Below are positions 33,717-43,231 of a stretch of DNA of 64,000 nucleotides, piece after piece. A program made the position numbers and the translations under genes. This DNA is from an uncultured Spirochaetota bacterium (lineage in GTDB: Bacteria > Spirochaetota > Spirochaetia > SZUA-6 > CAVTHK01): contig CAVTHK010000006.1 of NCBI GenBank assembly GCA_963734495.1, positions 1-64,000 of the forward strand. The letters run 5' to 3'. Every line of letters starts with the position of its first letter. Position 1 is the first letter of the stretch. The notes beneath the pieces were generated by a model. That model was not told where the DNA came from and made no database searches. It worked only from the letters and a program-made list of their open reading frames with translations.

Positions 33717-34721
33717 AGGCTCGGGCGCGAGCTCCCTGCCCGCCGCTCCCGAGCGGTCCGCGGCCACCGCGGCCGCGAGCGAGAGGAAGCCTTCGCGCAC
33801 CGACACGGCGACCTCGCGGTCGTTGACCACGCAGTCGATAAAGAGGTGCGTGAGGGTCGCGGACGAGGCCGGGATCGGGTTGTCGTCCTTGGGGATCGTC
33901 GTCCAGTCGTCCTTGCCGTCCATGCAGACCTTGTTGCCGACGATGACGCCCTTGCTCGCGACGAGGCGGAAGATGTCCTCGATCGCGCCGGCCTTGGGCC
34001 AGTGCGCCTCGTAGGTCACCGTGACCTGGGCGATGGCGCCGCCTTCGAAGCGGAAGAGCGCCGACGTGGTCTTGTCCGCGGGAAACGTCATCTCGCCGAG
34101 CTTGTTGCCGTAGCCGAACGCGCCGATGAGCGGCCGGCCGACGAGGAAACGCAGGACGTCGACCTGGTGGATGCCGCTTCCGACGAGGGCCGAGCGGCCG
34201 GCGGCGGGCGAGGCGTACCAGGGCGCGCGCTCGAACTGCTTCCGCTTGTCCTGGATGGAATCGCTCCTGATGTGGATGATCTCCCCGAGCTGTCCTGAGT
34301 CCAGCAGCTTCTTGACCTCGATAAAGAAGGGCCGGAAGCGGCGCTCGTGAGCCATCATGAGCTTGCGCCCGCGCGTGGCCGCTGCGTCGGCCGCCGCCAC
34401 GATGGCGCGCCCGTCCTCGAGGTTGGTGGCGAGCGGCTTGGTGAGCAGCACGTGGCACCCGGCCGCAAGGCACGTCGTCGCGTGCGGCCTGTGCAGGTGG
34501 TCCGGCGTGGTGACGCTCATGACGTCGGGACGCTCGCGCTTGAGCATCTCATCGAGGTCCGTGTAGATCGCGCTGACTTTCGCGTGTTTCGCCTTGAACG
34601 GCTCGAGGCGCGAGCGGTCGAGGTCGCAGAGAACGATGCGGTCGACGTGCGGCGAGTCCACGTACGCGGCCAGATGATGACGGCCGAGCCCCATCCCCAC
34701 GATGCCTGCCTTCAAACCCAT
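33711..34721 (-). CDS. Gfo/Idh/MocA oxidoreductase (paralogue of 32694 gene)
   Basis: IVGMGLG, TPDHLH, LTKP, GIHQVD; SD AAGGAAGG. Confidence 0.9.
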   Translation of the reverse strand: MGLKAGIVGMGLGRHHLAAYVDSPHVDRIVLCDLDRSRLEPFKAKHAKVSAIYTDLDEMLKRERPDVMSVTTPDHLHRPHATTCLAAGCHVLLTKPLATNLEDGRAIVAAADAAATRGRKLMMAHERRFRPFFIEVKKLLDSGQLGEIIHIRSDSIQDKRKQFERAPWYASPAAGRSALVGSGIHQVDVLRFLVGRPLIGAFGYGNKLGEMTFPADKTTSALFRFEGGAIAQVTVTYEAHWPKAGAIEDIFRLVASKGVIVGNKVCMDGKDDWTTIPKDDNPIPASSATLTHLFIDCVVNDREVAVSVREGFLSLAAAVAADRSGAAGRELAPEPL

Positions 34722-34783
34722 GGTTGTCCTTCCTTTTCCCCGGTTGCGTCGGGCGGCGCGCCGCGGAGCGGCCGTCCCCGCGC

Positions 34784-35815
34784 TCACTCGATCTTTATGC
34801 GCCGCCCCTCGGAGAGGAGGCCGGCTTCGTAGACCTTCATCAATTCCAGGGCGAACTCCAGGCCCCCGCGCTCCGCGCGCCTGCCCTCGATCACGCAGTC
34901 GCAGAAATACTTTGTCTCCGCGTAGATGCCCTGCGTGAACAGGTTCGCGTTCTCGATCGTCGCCAGGCAGTTCTGGGCCTCCCAGACGATCGCGCCCGTG
35001 TCGAAGCCCGCGGGCATGAACGTGTGCGTGTTGGTGGGGCCGTAGGCCCGGTAGAGCGCCAGACGCGTGTTGTTGGTGATGTCGCAGTGCCACCCCTCGC
35101 CGTACAGCGAGTAAGCTTCCATCGGGTGCGGGCCCGAGCCCATGTGGAAGTTGCCGATGACGCCCGACGCGAAGTTCATGATGAACGCGCCGTGGCCCGA
35201 AGCGTTGGTGTGCGCCACGATGCTCTCGACCTTGCCGCCGATGGCCATGAGAAACGCGACGGGGTGGACGCCGTTGGCGAGCCAGTTGATGAACTCCCCG
35301 CCGTCGAGGACCTTCTGCCCGTTCGCCGGGATCGTCATGGGGTAGACGCCCAGGATCGTGTGCAGCTTCCCGAACTGCGGCGAGGCCACGATCTCCAGCG
35401 CCTTGTCGACGACGGGCATAAAGGCTTTCTTGAATCCGACGACCACGACCCGGTCGCGGCGATGGGCGATCATCTTCTCGATGCCGGAGACGCGCATCGC
35501 CGGCGGTTTTTCCAGCCAGACGTGCAGGCCGGCGTCGAGAGCCTCGCAGACGAGGTCCGGGTGCTCCTCGGGGCCGACGCAGACAAAGACGACGTCGAGC
35601 TTTTCCTTGGCGTACATCTCGGCCGCGCTCATGTAACAGCGGCAGCCGAACTCGGCGGCGGTGAGGCGGGCGCGCTCGACGTCGCTGTGCGCGGCGATCG
35701 CCTCGAGCTGCACCGGGAGGTGGTGGAGGGTCGCGAACAGCGTGCGGTAGGAGTGCTTGCCGATTCCCACCATGCCGGCCTTGAGCCGCTTCGGGTATTC
35801 CCTCTGGAAGTACAT
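34784..35815 (-). CDS. Gfo/Idh/MocA family oxidoreductase
   Basis: VGIGKHS, WLEKPP, VGFKKAF, NGVHP. Confidence 0.88.
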   Translation of the reverse strand: MYFQREYPKRLKAGMVGIGKHSYRTLFATLHHLPVQLEAIAAHSDVERARLTAAEFGCRCYMSAAEMYAKEKLDVVFVCVGPEEHPDLVCEALDAGLHVWLEKPPAMRVSGIEKMIAHRRDRVVVVGFKKAFMPVVDKALEIVASPQFGKLHTILGVYPMTIPANGQKVLDGGEFINWLANGVHPVAFLMAIGGKVESIVAHTNASGHGAFIMNFASGVIGNFHMGSGPHPMEAYSLYGEGWHCDITNNTRLALYRAYGPTNTHTFMPAGFDTGAIVWEAQNCLATIENANLFTQGIYAETKYFCDCVIEGRRAERGGLEFALELMKVYEAGLLSEGRRIKIE

Positions 35816-36081
35816 CGGTCTTCTCCCCCTTTTATTCGACCTGCTTGAGCTCCCTGAAACGCGAGGCGGCGATCACGATCGGGATCGCCAGCACCAGCAC
35901 GTAGGACAATCCCCGGAGCTTGCGGCTCTTGGGCGCGCAGATTCTACATCAGACGGGCGCGCAGCATAAAGAGGCGGGCCGGTCCCGGCCGGCTCCGCCT
36001 CTCAGGTAGAGATCCTGCGGCTCACCTGGCGTTGCAGCGATCGATGATCGCCTGCGGGACCTTTCGGGGACCAGGGCGCAT

Positions 36082-36277
36082 CCTCCGGACCCTCGGGACG
36101 TTCCCGACCTTCGGTCGGGACCAGGGCGCCTGTCCCTTGGGTGGCGCCGTCGCCATCCCTGGCGGCGCACCTCCTCGCTCCGCTCGGAGCCTCCGGACCC
36201 CCGGGGACGTTCCCGACCTTCGGTCGGGACCAGGGCGCCTGTGCCTTGGGTGGCGCCGTCGCCATCCCTGGCGGCGC
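36082..36277. repeat. Two near-identical ~87-bp palindrome-rich units (36082-36168, 36190-36277) with partial copies on both sides
   Basis: Each contains TCCCGACC-TTC-GGTCGGGA and CGTCGCCA-TCCC-TGGCGGCG hairpins. Confidence 0.9.
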
Positions 36278-36361
36278 CACCCCCGGGACGTCCTGTCCCT
36301 TGACTCTGCCGGGAGGCGCCGTCTACGCTGTCGGCGATTCCTCGCGCGTCTGGGGGTGCCA

Positions 36362-36856
36362 GTGGACAAGAGCAGGCCGATCTGGATCGGCAACGATCAC
36401 GGCGGTTACGACATGAAGAAGGACCTGGTCAAGCGTCTTCTGGAGAAGGGCTACAAGATCCACGACGTGGGCACCGATTCGACGGACATCGTGCGATACC
36501 CCTATTTCGCAGCCGAGGTCGCGGGCGCGGTCTCCCGCGGCGAAGCCGAGGCGGGCATCCTCATCTGCTCGACGGGCATCGGGATGAGCATCATTGCGAA
36601 CAAGTTCAAGGGCGTGCGCGCTTCGCACTGCACCAGCACGTACCAGGCGAAGATGACCCGCGCCCACAACAACTCGAACATCCTCTGCCTCGGAGGGCGG
36701 ATCACGGGGATATTCGAGGCGCTCGACATGCTGGAGGTCTGGCTGGACACCCCCTACGAGGGCGGCCGCCACGACATATCCCTCGGCCTCATCGAGGAGG
36801 CCGAGCGCGAGATCGCGAATCCGAAGGGGTGGGTGCCCAAAGGGCCGCGAAAGTAG
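36362..36856 (+). CDS. rpiB: Ribose-5-phosphate isomerase B / LacAB family sugar-phosphate isomerase
   Basis: GNDHGG, ICSTGIGMSIIANK, RAHNNSNIL, GGRH; TTGACT-N18-TACGCT promoter upstream. Confidence 0.9.
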   Translation: MDKSRPIWIGNDHGGYDMKKDLVKRLLEKGYKIHDVGTDSTDIVRYPYFAAEVAGAVSRGEAEAGILICSTGIGMSIIANKFKGVRASHCTSTYQAKMTRAHNNSNILCLGGRITGIFEALDMLEVWLDTPYEGGRHDISLGLIEEAEREIANPKGWVPKGPRK

Positions 36857-36904
36857 CCCGCACGGCGCGGCCCCGCGGGGAGCGAGGCCCGGCGCGGGTC
36901 GGGA

Positions 36905-37264
36905 TCAGGCCGGGTGGAAGTCCCGCCTCCCCGTGTCGTAGCAGACGACCATGTCTGCGTCCACCTTCGAGATGTTTCGCGCACTGTGCGGCACGCCGCG
37001 CGGGATCACGATGGTGTCGCCCGGGTCGAGGGTCACTGTCTCGTCGCCGATGGCGTGCTCGAGGCGTCCCGAGAGCAGAGTGAGGATCTCCTCGCACGAG
37101 GCGTGATAGTGGCGGGGGTTCGAAGCTCCCGGCTTGATGACGACGCGGCCCACCGTGAGACAGTCCGTGTTTCCCACGACGCTGCTCGCCAGCCAGGTGA
37201 GGCTGCCCCAGGCTTCGTCGATCCGTTGTTTCCGCGCATCGCCCGCCCGCCTCACGCCGTCCAT
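36905..37264 (-). CDS. Cupin-domain protein
   Basis: PGASNPRHYHASCEE and PGDTIVIPRGVPH cupin motifs. Confidence 0.9.
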   Translation of the reverse strand: MDGVRRAGDARKQRIDEAWGSLTWLASSVVGNTDCLTVGRVVIKPGASNPRHYHASCEEILTLLSGRLEHAIGDETVTLDPGDTIVIPRGVPHSARNISKVDADMVVCYDTGRRDFHPA

Positions 37265-37272
37265 CCATCCTC

Positions 37273-37327
37273 CTCCTGTGACCTGGCGCCTGCGCCAGAT
37301 CCCAAGCCCCTGTCCTCGGCGGGGCCC
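37273..37327 (-). promoter_or_regulatory. Two-hairpin 5'-leader motif, copy in front of cupin gene
   Basis: GGGCCCCGCCGAGGACAGGGGCTT-GG-GATCTGGCG-CAGG-CGCCAGGTC-AC-AGGAG; matches copies at 42051 and 61276. Confidence 0.65.
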
Positions 37328-37440
37328 ACTCGGCGGGGCCCGCGGTTGTCATCCTGTCCGCGCCACTGTATTCTGCGCGGTAGGCGTCCTGCAAGCCCGC
37401 CCGCGCTCGGGTCTCGTGCGTCTTCCGGAAGGAGGGTGCT

Positions 37441-38340
37441 ATGGTCACGTTCCCGATCGACACGAAGAATCGCAAGGTGCCTGTGATTCCTGCCAGAGGC
37501 GAGCGGCTGCGTCTGCTGATCGACACGGATGCGAAGAACGAGATCGACGACCAGTACGCCCTCGCCCTGGCGATCCACTCGCCGGACCGCTTCGACATCG
37601 AGGGGTTCGTAGCCGCCAATTTCGACAACGCCCGCGGCGGCCCCGACGGCGTCGACAAATCGGCGCGCGAGATCGAGCTGGTTCTCAAGAAGGCCGGCAT
37701 GGCGGGCCGGTGGCCCGTCAAGCGGGGCTCCGATCCGCTCCAGTACCAGTTCAAGCCGGTGATGAGCGAAGGGGTCGACTTCATCATTGAGCGTGCGATG
37801 GCGGGCACTCCGGACCGCCCCCTGTGGATCGTCGGCCTCGGGGCCGCGACCAACATGGCGTCCGCGATGCTCAAGGAGCCGCGGATCATCGAGCGCGTCG
37901 TGGTGTTCTGGCACTTCCGCACCCGCTGGCCGGAAAAGTGCTGGAACTTCAACGTCTTCGGCGACGTGCGGGCCGCGCGCCTGCTGTTCCACTCGCCGTG
38001 CTCCTTCGCGCTCTTCGACACGGGAACGCACCTGACGCTCCCCATGGAGGAGTCGGCGCAGAAGCTCGCGCCGCACGGCGAGCTCGGGCGCTACCTCCAC
38101 GAGTACCGGCTCACCGATCCCGGTTTTCAAAAGCCGACCAAGGGCTTCTACGACCTCGGCGACATCGCCGCGCTCCTCGACCCGGACCTCGCGTGCTGGG
38201 AGGAGACCGATTGCCCCGAAGTCCGCTGGGATCTGGTCTACGAGTTCACCGGGAGAATGGGGCGCATCCTGCGCTGCTACCACGTGGACCGGGACCGGAC
38301 GTTCCAGCTGCTCTTCGACAGGATCGCTGCCCGCGCGTGA
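37441..38340 (+). CDS. Nucleoside hydrolase (IUNH) family protein
   Basis: LIDTDAKNEIDDQYA, GLGAATN, NFNVFGD. Confidence 0.85.
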   Translation: MVTFPIDTKNRKVPVIPARGERLRLLIDTDAKNEIDDQYALALAIHSPDRFDIEGFVAANFDNARGGPDGVDKSAREIELVLKKAGMAGRWPVKRGSDPLQYQFKPVMSEGVDFIIERAMAGTPDRPLWIVGLGAATNMASAMLKEPRIIERVVVFWHFRTRWPEKCWNFNVFGDVRAARLLFHSPCSFALFDTGTHLTLPMEESAQKLAPHGELGRYLHEYRLTDPGFQKPTKGFYDLGDIAALLDPDLACWEETDCPEVRWDLVYEFTGRMGRILRCYHVDRDRTFQLLFDRIAARA

Positions 38341-38401
38341 CCGCGGGCAGGCGAATTGAGGCGAATTGCTCCCCGCGCGGCCTTTCGGTAACTTGAGAAG
38401 C

Positions 38402-39997
38402 ATGGATCCACTGCTGCTCGTCAACGGCGATTTCATCACCATGGACCCCACCCGGCCGCGCGTCCAGGCGCTGCTCGCCGAGGGCGAGCGGATCCGGGCG
38501 ATCGGAACCGATGCCGAGGTCTCCGCCCTCGCGGCTCCCGGCGCCCTGCGCATCGACCTCGGCGGCAAGACAGCGGTGCCCGGCTTCAACGACAACCACA
38601 TCCACGCGGTGAGCGGCGGACACCACTCCCAACGGGCCCTGCTCTACGGCATGGACGCCGACGCGATCATCGCGCACCTGCGCGAGCGCCACAACGGCAT
38701 CTCGAAGGGCGGGCTGATCAGCGGTTTCGGATGGGACTACGAGACCTGCCCGAATCCGCATCGGCGCATCCTCGACGAGGCCTTCCCCGGCCATCCCGTG
38801 GTGCTGCACCAGTTCTCGGGCCACGCGGTCTGGGCGAGCTCAGAAGCGTTGCGCAGGATGCGCATCGATCGCCGGACGCCCGACCCGCCGCATGGCAGGA
38901 TCATCCGCGACGAAGCCGGCGAGCCGACCGGGGTGCTGCGCGAGATGGGGAACAACCCCTGGCTTCGCAAGCAGTTCGCGCAGCGTCATTCGCACCCGCC
39001 GTCCATCAGGAAGTACCTCCTGAAGGCGATGGAGGACTACCGCAGGCTGGGGATCACGTCGGTGCAGGACAACACGTGGTTCCCTCCCGTGCTCGGCGTG
39101 CTGGCAGCGCTGCGGCGCGAAGGCCGGCTCACGACCCGCTTCGCGTACTGGTTCCACGGCGAGAGGCGGTGGGAGGCGCTGCTGATGCGGATGCGGCGTC
39201 TGAACGACTCCTGGCTGCGTCCGGGTCCGTGGAAATACTTCCTCGACGGCACGTTCTCGGCGAGGAGCGCCTGGCTCACGGAACCTTACGCCGACGAGAG
39301 CGAGCACAGCGGCCTCGGCAAGAGCCGCGCGCAGATCCTGCCGCTGCTCGAGCCCCACGTGCGCTCGCGCGACCCCCGCGGCCGTGAGCAGGTCGCCTGC
39401 CACGCCATCGGCGACCGGGCGATCCAGGAGTACCTCGACGCGGTAGAGGAGCTCTCGGCGCGCTACCCGTGGATCACCTCGATGCGCCTGCGCATCGAGC
39501 ACGGCCAGCTCATCCGCGGCGAGGACATCCCCCGGCTTCGACGGCTCGGAGTGGTGATCTCGGCGCAGCCCCACGCCCTCGGGACGCCTGAAAAGGACGC
39601 GCGGCTTCTCGGCGCCGGACGCGCGGAGCGCGCTTACCCCTATCGGTCGCTGCTCGACGAGGGGGTGGCCCTCTGCTTCGGCTCCGACTTTCCCGGCGAG
39701 CCGACGCTCGATCCCATGCTCGGGATCCACTACGTCGTCAACCGCAGCGGTCCGGAGCGGATCACCGTCGAGGAGGCGCTGCGCTGCTACACCGTCGGGA
39801 GCGCGTACGCGGAGTTCGAGGAGGACGCCAAGGGGAGCCTCGCGCCGGGCAAGATGGCCGACATCGCGGTGCTTTCCGCGGACCCGACCGCGGTCGCGAG
39901 CGAGCGGCTCCGCGAGATCCGAGTCGAGATGACGATCTCGGGCGGTCGCGTTGTGCACCAGCTCGTGCGTGACAAAAGCGCGGCGGCGGTGACGTAG
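38402..39997 (+). CDS. Amidohydrolase, YtcJ-like
   Basis: PGFNDNHIH, HAIGDRA, RIEHGQ, GSDFP, GSLAPGKMAD. Confidence 0.93.
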   Translation: MDPLLLVNGDFITMDPTRPRVQALLAEGERIRAIGTDAEVSALAAPGALRIDLGGKTAVPGFNDNHIHAVSGGHHSQRALLYGMDADAIIAHLRERHNGISKGGLISGFGWDYETCPNPHRRILDEAFPGHPVVLHQFSGHAVWASSEALRRMRIDRRTPDPPHGRIIRDEAGEPTGVLREMGNNPWLRKQFAQRHSHPPSIRKYLLKAMEDYRRLGITSVQDNTWFPPVLGVLAALRREGRLTTRFAYWFHGERRWEALLMRMRRLNDSWLRPGPWKYFLDGTFSARSAWLTEPYADESEHSGLGKSRAQILPLLEPHVRSRDPRGREQVACHAIGDRAIQEYLDAVEELSARYPWITSMRLRIEHGQLIRGEDIPRLRRLGVVISAQPHALGTPEKDARLLGAGRAERAYPYRSLLDEGVALCFGSDFPGEPTLDPMLGIHYVVNRSGPERITVEEALRCYTVGSAYAEFEEDAKGSLAPGKMADIAVLSADPTAVASERLREIRVEMTISGGRVVHQLVRDKSAAAVT

Positions 39998-40034
39998 CCC
40001 CGGGGACGCGGCCCGGCCCTCGCGGGGCCCCCGC

Positions 40035-41027
40035 TCAGGCCATGCGGTCCAGCATGTCGAGCGTGACCTCGTGCTCCAGCGGCTGCCCGGCGGCCCAGCG
40101 GCGGTATTCGTCGATCATGCTGTCCGCCATGCGCCGCACTTCGTCCCCCTTGGATCCTGCTATGTGCGACGAGAGCTGGACGTTCGCAAGCGAGTACAGA
40201 GGCGAGCCCGGAGCGGGAGGCTCGGGCCACGTGACGTCGAGGAGGGCGTTCAGGTCCGGCCGCTCGCGCAGGACGGAGATCAGGTCGGCCTCCACGACCG
40301 TGGCCCCGCGTCCCGTGTTGATAAAGGTCGCGTCCTTCCTCATCATGCGGAACAGCCGTCCGTTCAGCAGGCCGGCCGTCTCGGGCAGATTTGGCGTGTG
40401 GTTGGAGACGACATAGCCGCGCTGGAACGCCTCTTCGAGCGAAACCTTTTCAGCGCCGAGGCGGGCCGCTTCGGCCGCGTCGACGAACGGGTCGTAGATC
40501 AGGACGCGCAGGTCGACGCCCGCCAGCAGCTCGATGAGCCTGCGGGCGACCTTGCCGGCCCCCAGCAGCGAGACGCTCTCCCCGTAGCATCCGGGCCCCG
40601 AAAAGAAGGGCCCGCCGCCGCGGCCTGCCCGCTCCCTGACCTCGCGCGTGTTCCGGAACCAGCCCTTGCACGACAGGATGATCTGGGACAGCGCGAGCTC
40701 GGCCACGGGGACCGCGTTGGCGGCCCAGGCGCTCGACACCTTGATGCCGCGCTCGAGGAAAGGCCGCGCGAACCCCCGCACCGAGCCGGCCGCATAGAAG
40801 ACGGCCTCGAGCGACGGCAGCCGCGCTATCCGGGCCGCGTTCAGAGGCGGCATGCCCCACGTCGAGAACACGGCCTGGATGCCCGCGAGGGACTCGGCCT
40901 CCGAACCCGCGACCACGCGCGGATGCAGGTCCGCGATCTCCGCGATCCGCTGTCGCCGCTCGCGGTCGAAGACCGCCTCGAGCCGCTCCGCGTCGTCGCC
41001 GAAGAGCGCGACCCTGCGCCGTTCCAC
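40035..41027 (-). CDS. D-2-hydroxyacid dehydrogenase family protein
   Basis: ANAVPVAE, LGAGKVA, FINTGRG, LDVTWPEP, SSHIAG. Confidence 0.9.
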   Translation of the reverse strand: MERRRVALFGDDAERLEAVFDRERRQRIAEIADLHPRVVAGSEAESLAGIQAVFSTWGMPPLNAARIARLPSLEAVFYAAGSVRGFARPFLERGIKVSSAWAANAVPVAELALSQIILSCKGWFRNTREVRERAGRGGGPFFSGPGCYGESVSLLGAGKVARRLIELLAGVDLRVLIYDPFVDAAEAARLGAEKVSLEEAFQRGYVVSNHTPNLPETAGLLNGRLFRMMRKDATFINTGRGATVVEADLISVLRERPDLNALLDVTWPEPPAPGSPLYSLANVQLSSHIAGSKGDEVRRMADSMIDEYRRWAAGQPLEHEVTLDMLDRMA

Positions 41028-41034
41028 CGGCGGC

Positions 41035-42044
41035 CTACCGGTACTGGTGCGGCCCGAAATCCGCCTCGTAGAAGGGCGACACGCTGTCTCCGGGAGGCAC
41101 GATCGCGTCGATCTTTGCGAGCTCGTCCCCGCTGAAGCGCACGACGGGCGCGCCCGAGGTTGTCCTCGAGCTGCTCCATGGTCCGCGGGCCGATGATCGG
41201 GCTCGTGACGCCGGGCCTCTGCGCGACCCACGCGAGAGCGAGCTGCGCCATCGTGCAGTCCTTCGATCGGGCCATCGCAGCCAGCGCCTCGACGACGTTC
41301 CAGATCGCGGCGGTCTTGCGCTCGGCCAGGCGCGGGTTGTCCGCGGTGTCGGAGTAGCGGCTCGTCCGGCGGGTTGGGGTTGCTCCGCGTGTACTTGCCC
41401 GTGAGCAGGCCTCCGGCGATCGGGCTCCAGGGGATGACCGCGTACCCGTAGGTGCGCGCCATCGGGATGAGCTCGCGCTCGACGCGGCGGTCGAGGATGT
41501 TGTACGGCGGCTGCTCCGAGACGAAGCGGTTCAGCCCCAGCTCCTTGGCGACCCAGAGCGCCTCGACCGCCTGCCACGCCGCGAACGTGCTGGTGCCGAT
41601 GTAGCGCACCTTGCCGGCGCGCACGAGGTCGTCGAGCGCCCGCAGCGTCTCGTCGATCGGGACGTCGCTCTGCGGCCTGTGGATCTGGTACAGGTCGATG
41701 TAGTCGGTCTGCAGGCGGCGCAGGCTCGCCTCGCACTGCTCGATGATGTGGCGGCGCGTGTTTCCCGATGCGTTCGGGTCCTCGTCGTCCATCTTGCCGT
41801 GGACCTTGGTGGCCAGCACGACCTTGGCGCGCTGCCTGTTGCGCTTGAGCGCCTCGCCGGTGATCTCCTCGCTGCGGCCGCGGCTGTAGACGTTCGCGGT
41901 GTCGAGGAAATTGATCCCCGCGTCGAGCGCGCGGTCGATGATCGCGTACGAGTCCTGCGGCTCCGTCCGCCTGCCGAACATCATGCACCCGAGACAGAGC
42001 TCGCTGACCTTGACGCCGGTGCGTCCCAGAGATCTGTATTCCAT
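41035..42044 (-). CDS. Aldo/keto reductase, frameshifts near 41365 and 41150
   Basis: LGCMMFG, DTANVY, IDLYQIH, GKVRYIG, WSPIAGG; IIGPRTMEQL and FYEADFG in other frames. Confidence 0.9.
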
Positions 42045-42050
42045 CGGTCT

Positions 42051-42152
42051 CTCCTCTGACGTGGCGTCTTCGCCAGGTCCCAAGCCCCGAGTACTCGAGG
42101 GGCCCGCCGTGGCGTCTGTCGCCAGCGTCCCAAGTCCCTGCGCTCAGGGGGG
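42051..42152 (-). promoter_or_regulatory. Two tandem copies of the two-hairpin 5'-leader motif in front of aldo/keto reductase
   Basis: Proximal GGGCCCCTCGAGTACTCGGGGCTT-GG-GACCTGGCG-AAGA-CGCCACGTC-AG-AGGAG; distal CCCCTGAGCGCAGGGACTT-GG-GACGCTGGCG-ACAGA-CGCCACGGC. Confidence 0.65.
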
Positions 42153-42173
42153 CGTCGTTGCGGGTCCGCTGTG

Positions 42174-42202
42174 AGTATACGAACGCGGCCGAGCCGGGTC
42201 AA
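42174..42202 (-). promoter_or_regulatory. sigma70 promoter TTGACC-N17-TATACT for aldo/keto reductase operon
   Basis: Near-consensus boxes and spacing. Confidence 0.75.
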
Positions 42203-42257
42203 AAAAACTGAAGGTCGACGGGCGGCCGGCCGCGCCGCGAGCGGCCGCCGCGCTCCG

Positions 42258-43124
42258 TCAGCGGGAGCGCATGGCCTCCCAGGCGCGGGCCGCGATCAGG
42301 CTGCGGACGCTGATGGCGGCGAACACGACCACTCCGCCGGCGATCGCCCACGGCCCGGGCCGCTCGCCCAGGAACACGAGCACGAGGATCGGGTTGAGCA
42401 CCGGCTCGATCATCAGGATGATCGCCGACTCGACCGCCCTCACGTGCCGGATCGCCCGCGAATAGAGCATGTTGGAGAGGCCGAGCTGCACCGTCCCGAG
42501 AAAGATCAGGGCGCCCCAGCTCGCCGCGTCCGGGGCGCGGCCGACCGCCCAGGGGGCGCAGACGACGGCCGTGATGACGTTCCCGAGGATCAGGGATCCG
42601 ACCGGAGAGCCCGCCTTCTGGTACCGAAGGAGCAGGTGCACCCAGGCGAACGCGACGCCGCTCACGATCGCGAGCACGTTGCCCCACGACCCGGCGATGG
42701 TCAGGCGGTCGAAGAAGAACAGCACGAGGCCGCCGAGCACGACCGCCAGCGAGACCCAGTCGAACCTCGAGATGCGCTCGCCGAGCAGCCAGAAGCTGAA
42801 CAGGGCCACGAAGACCGGAGCGGAGTACTGAAGGAGGATGGCGTTCGCCGCCGTGGTGAGCTTCGTGGCCGCGACGAACGTGATCATCGCGATCGCGTGC
42901 GCCGCGCCGCACAGCAGCTGCGCCGCGCTCCACTGGAAGCGCGGACCCTTCGCGGTGGCAAAGAGGAACACCGCCGCGATCACGCTGCGGATCCCCGCCG
43001 TGGCGAGGGGGCCGAGGTTCACCAGCTTGATGAACAGCCCCCCGGACGCCCACAGCGTCGCCGTCAGCGCTATCATGAGGTCCGCGGCAGCGGGCTTTGT
43101 CGCAGTCGGTGTCAGAGGGTTCAG
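42258..43124 (-). CDS. EamA/DMT family transporter (start CTG 43124 or ATG 43076)
   Basis: [37 protein letters not shown]; ten TM segments. Confidence 0.9.
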   Translation of the reverse strand: MNPLTPTATKPAAADLMIALTATLWASGGLFIKLVNLGPLATAGIRSVIAAVFLFATAKGPRFQWSAAQLLCGAAHAIAMITFVAATKLTTAANAILLQYSAPVFVALFSFWLLGERISRFDWVSLAVVLGGLVLFFFDRLTIAGSWGNVLAIVSGVAFAWVHLLLRYQKAGSPVGSLILGNVITAVVCAPWAVGRAPDAASWGALIFLGTVQLGLSNMLYSRAIRHVRAVESAIILMIEPVLNPILVLVFLGERPGPWAIAGGVVVFAAISVRSLIAARAWEAMRSR

Positions 43125-43185
43125 CGGCGGCTCCAGGTGCGCCGCAGTGTAGCCGGAGCGCGCCCGCGCTGTCGAGGGCCGCGCA

Positions 43186-43219
43186 GCTCCCCTGCGCTCC
43201 CCTGCGCTCCCCTGCGCTC
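43186..43219. repeat. 10-bp tandem repeat (GCTCCCCTGC) x3.4
   Basis: Directly visible in the intergenic gap. Confidence 0.85.
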
Positions 43220-43231
43220 GCGCCTGCCGGC

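Noticed and set aside
36056-36301. Possible CRISPR array
   Set aside because: Only two long units, no unique spacers of regular length, no cas genes
40035-42083. Apparent aldo/keto reductase-hydroxyacid dehydrogenase fusion (682-aa ORF)
   Set aside because: The AKR C-terminus continues in other frames and stops at 41035; the read-through results from frameshifts
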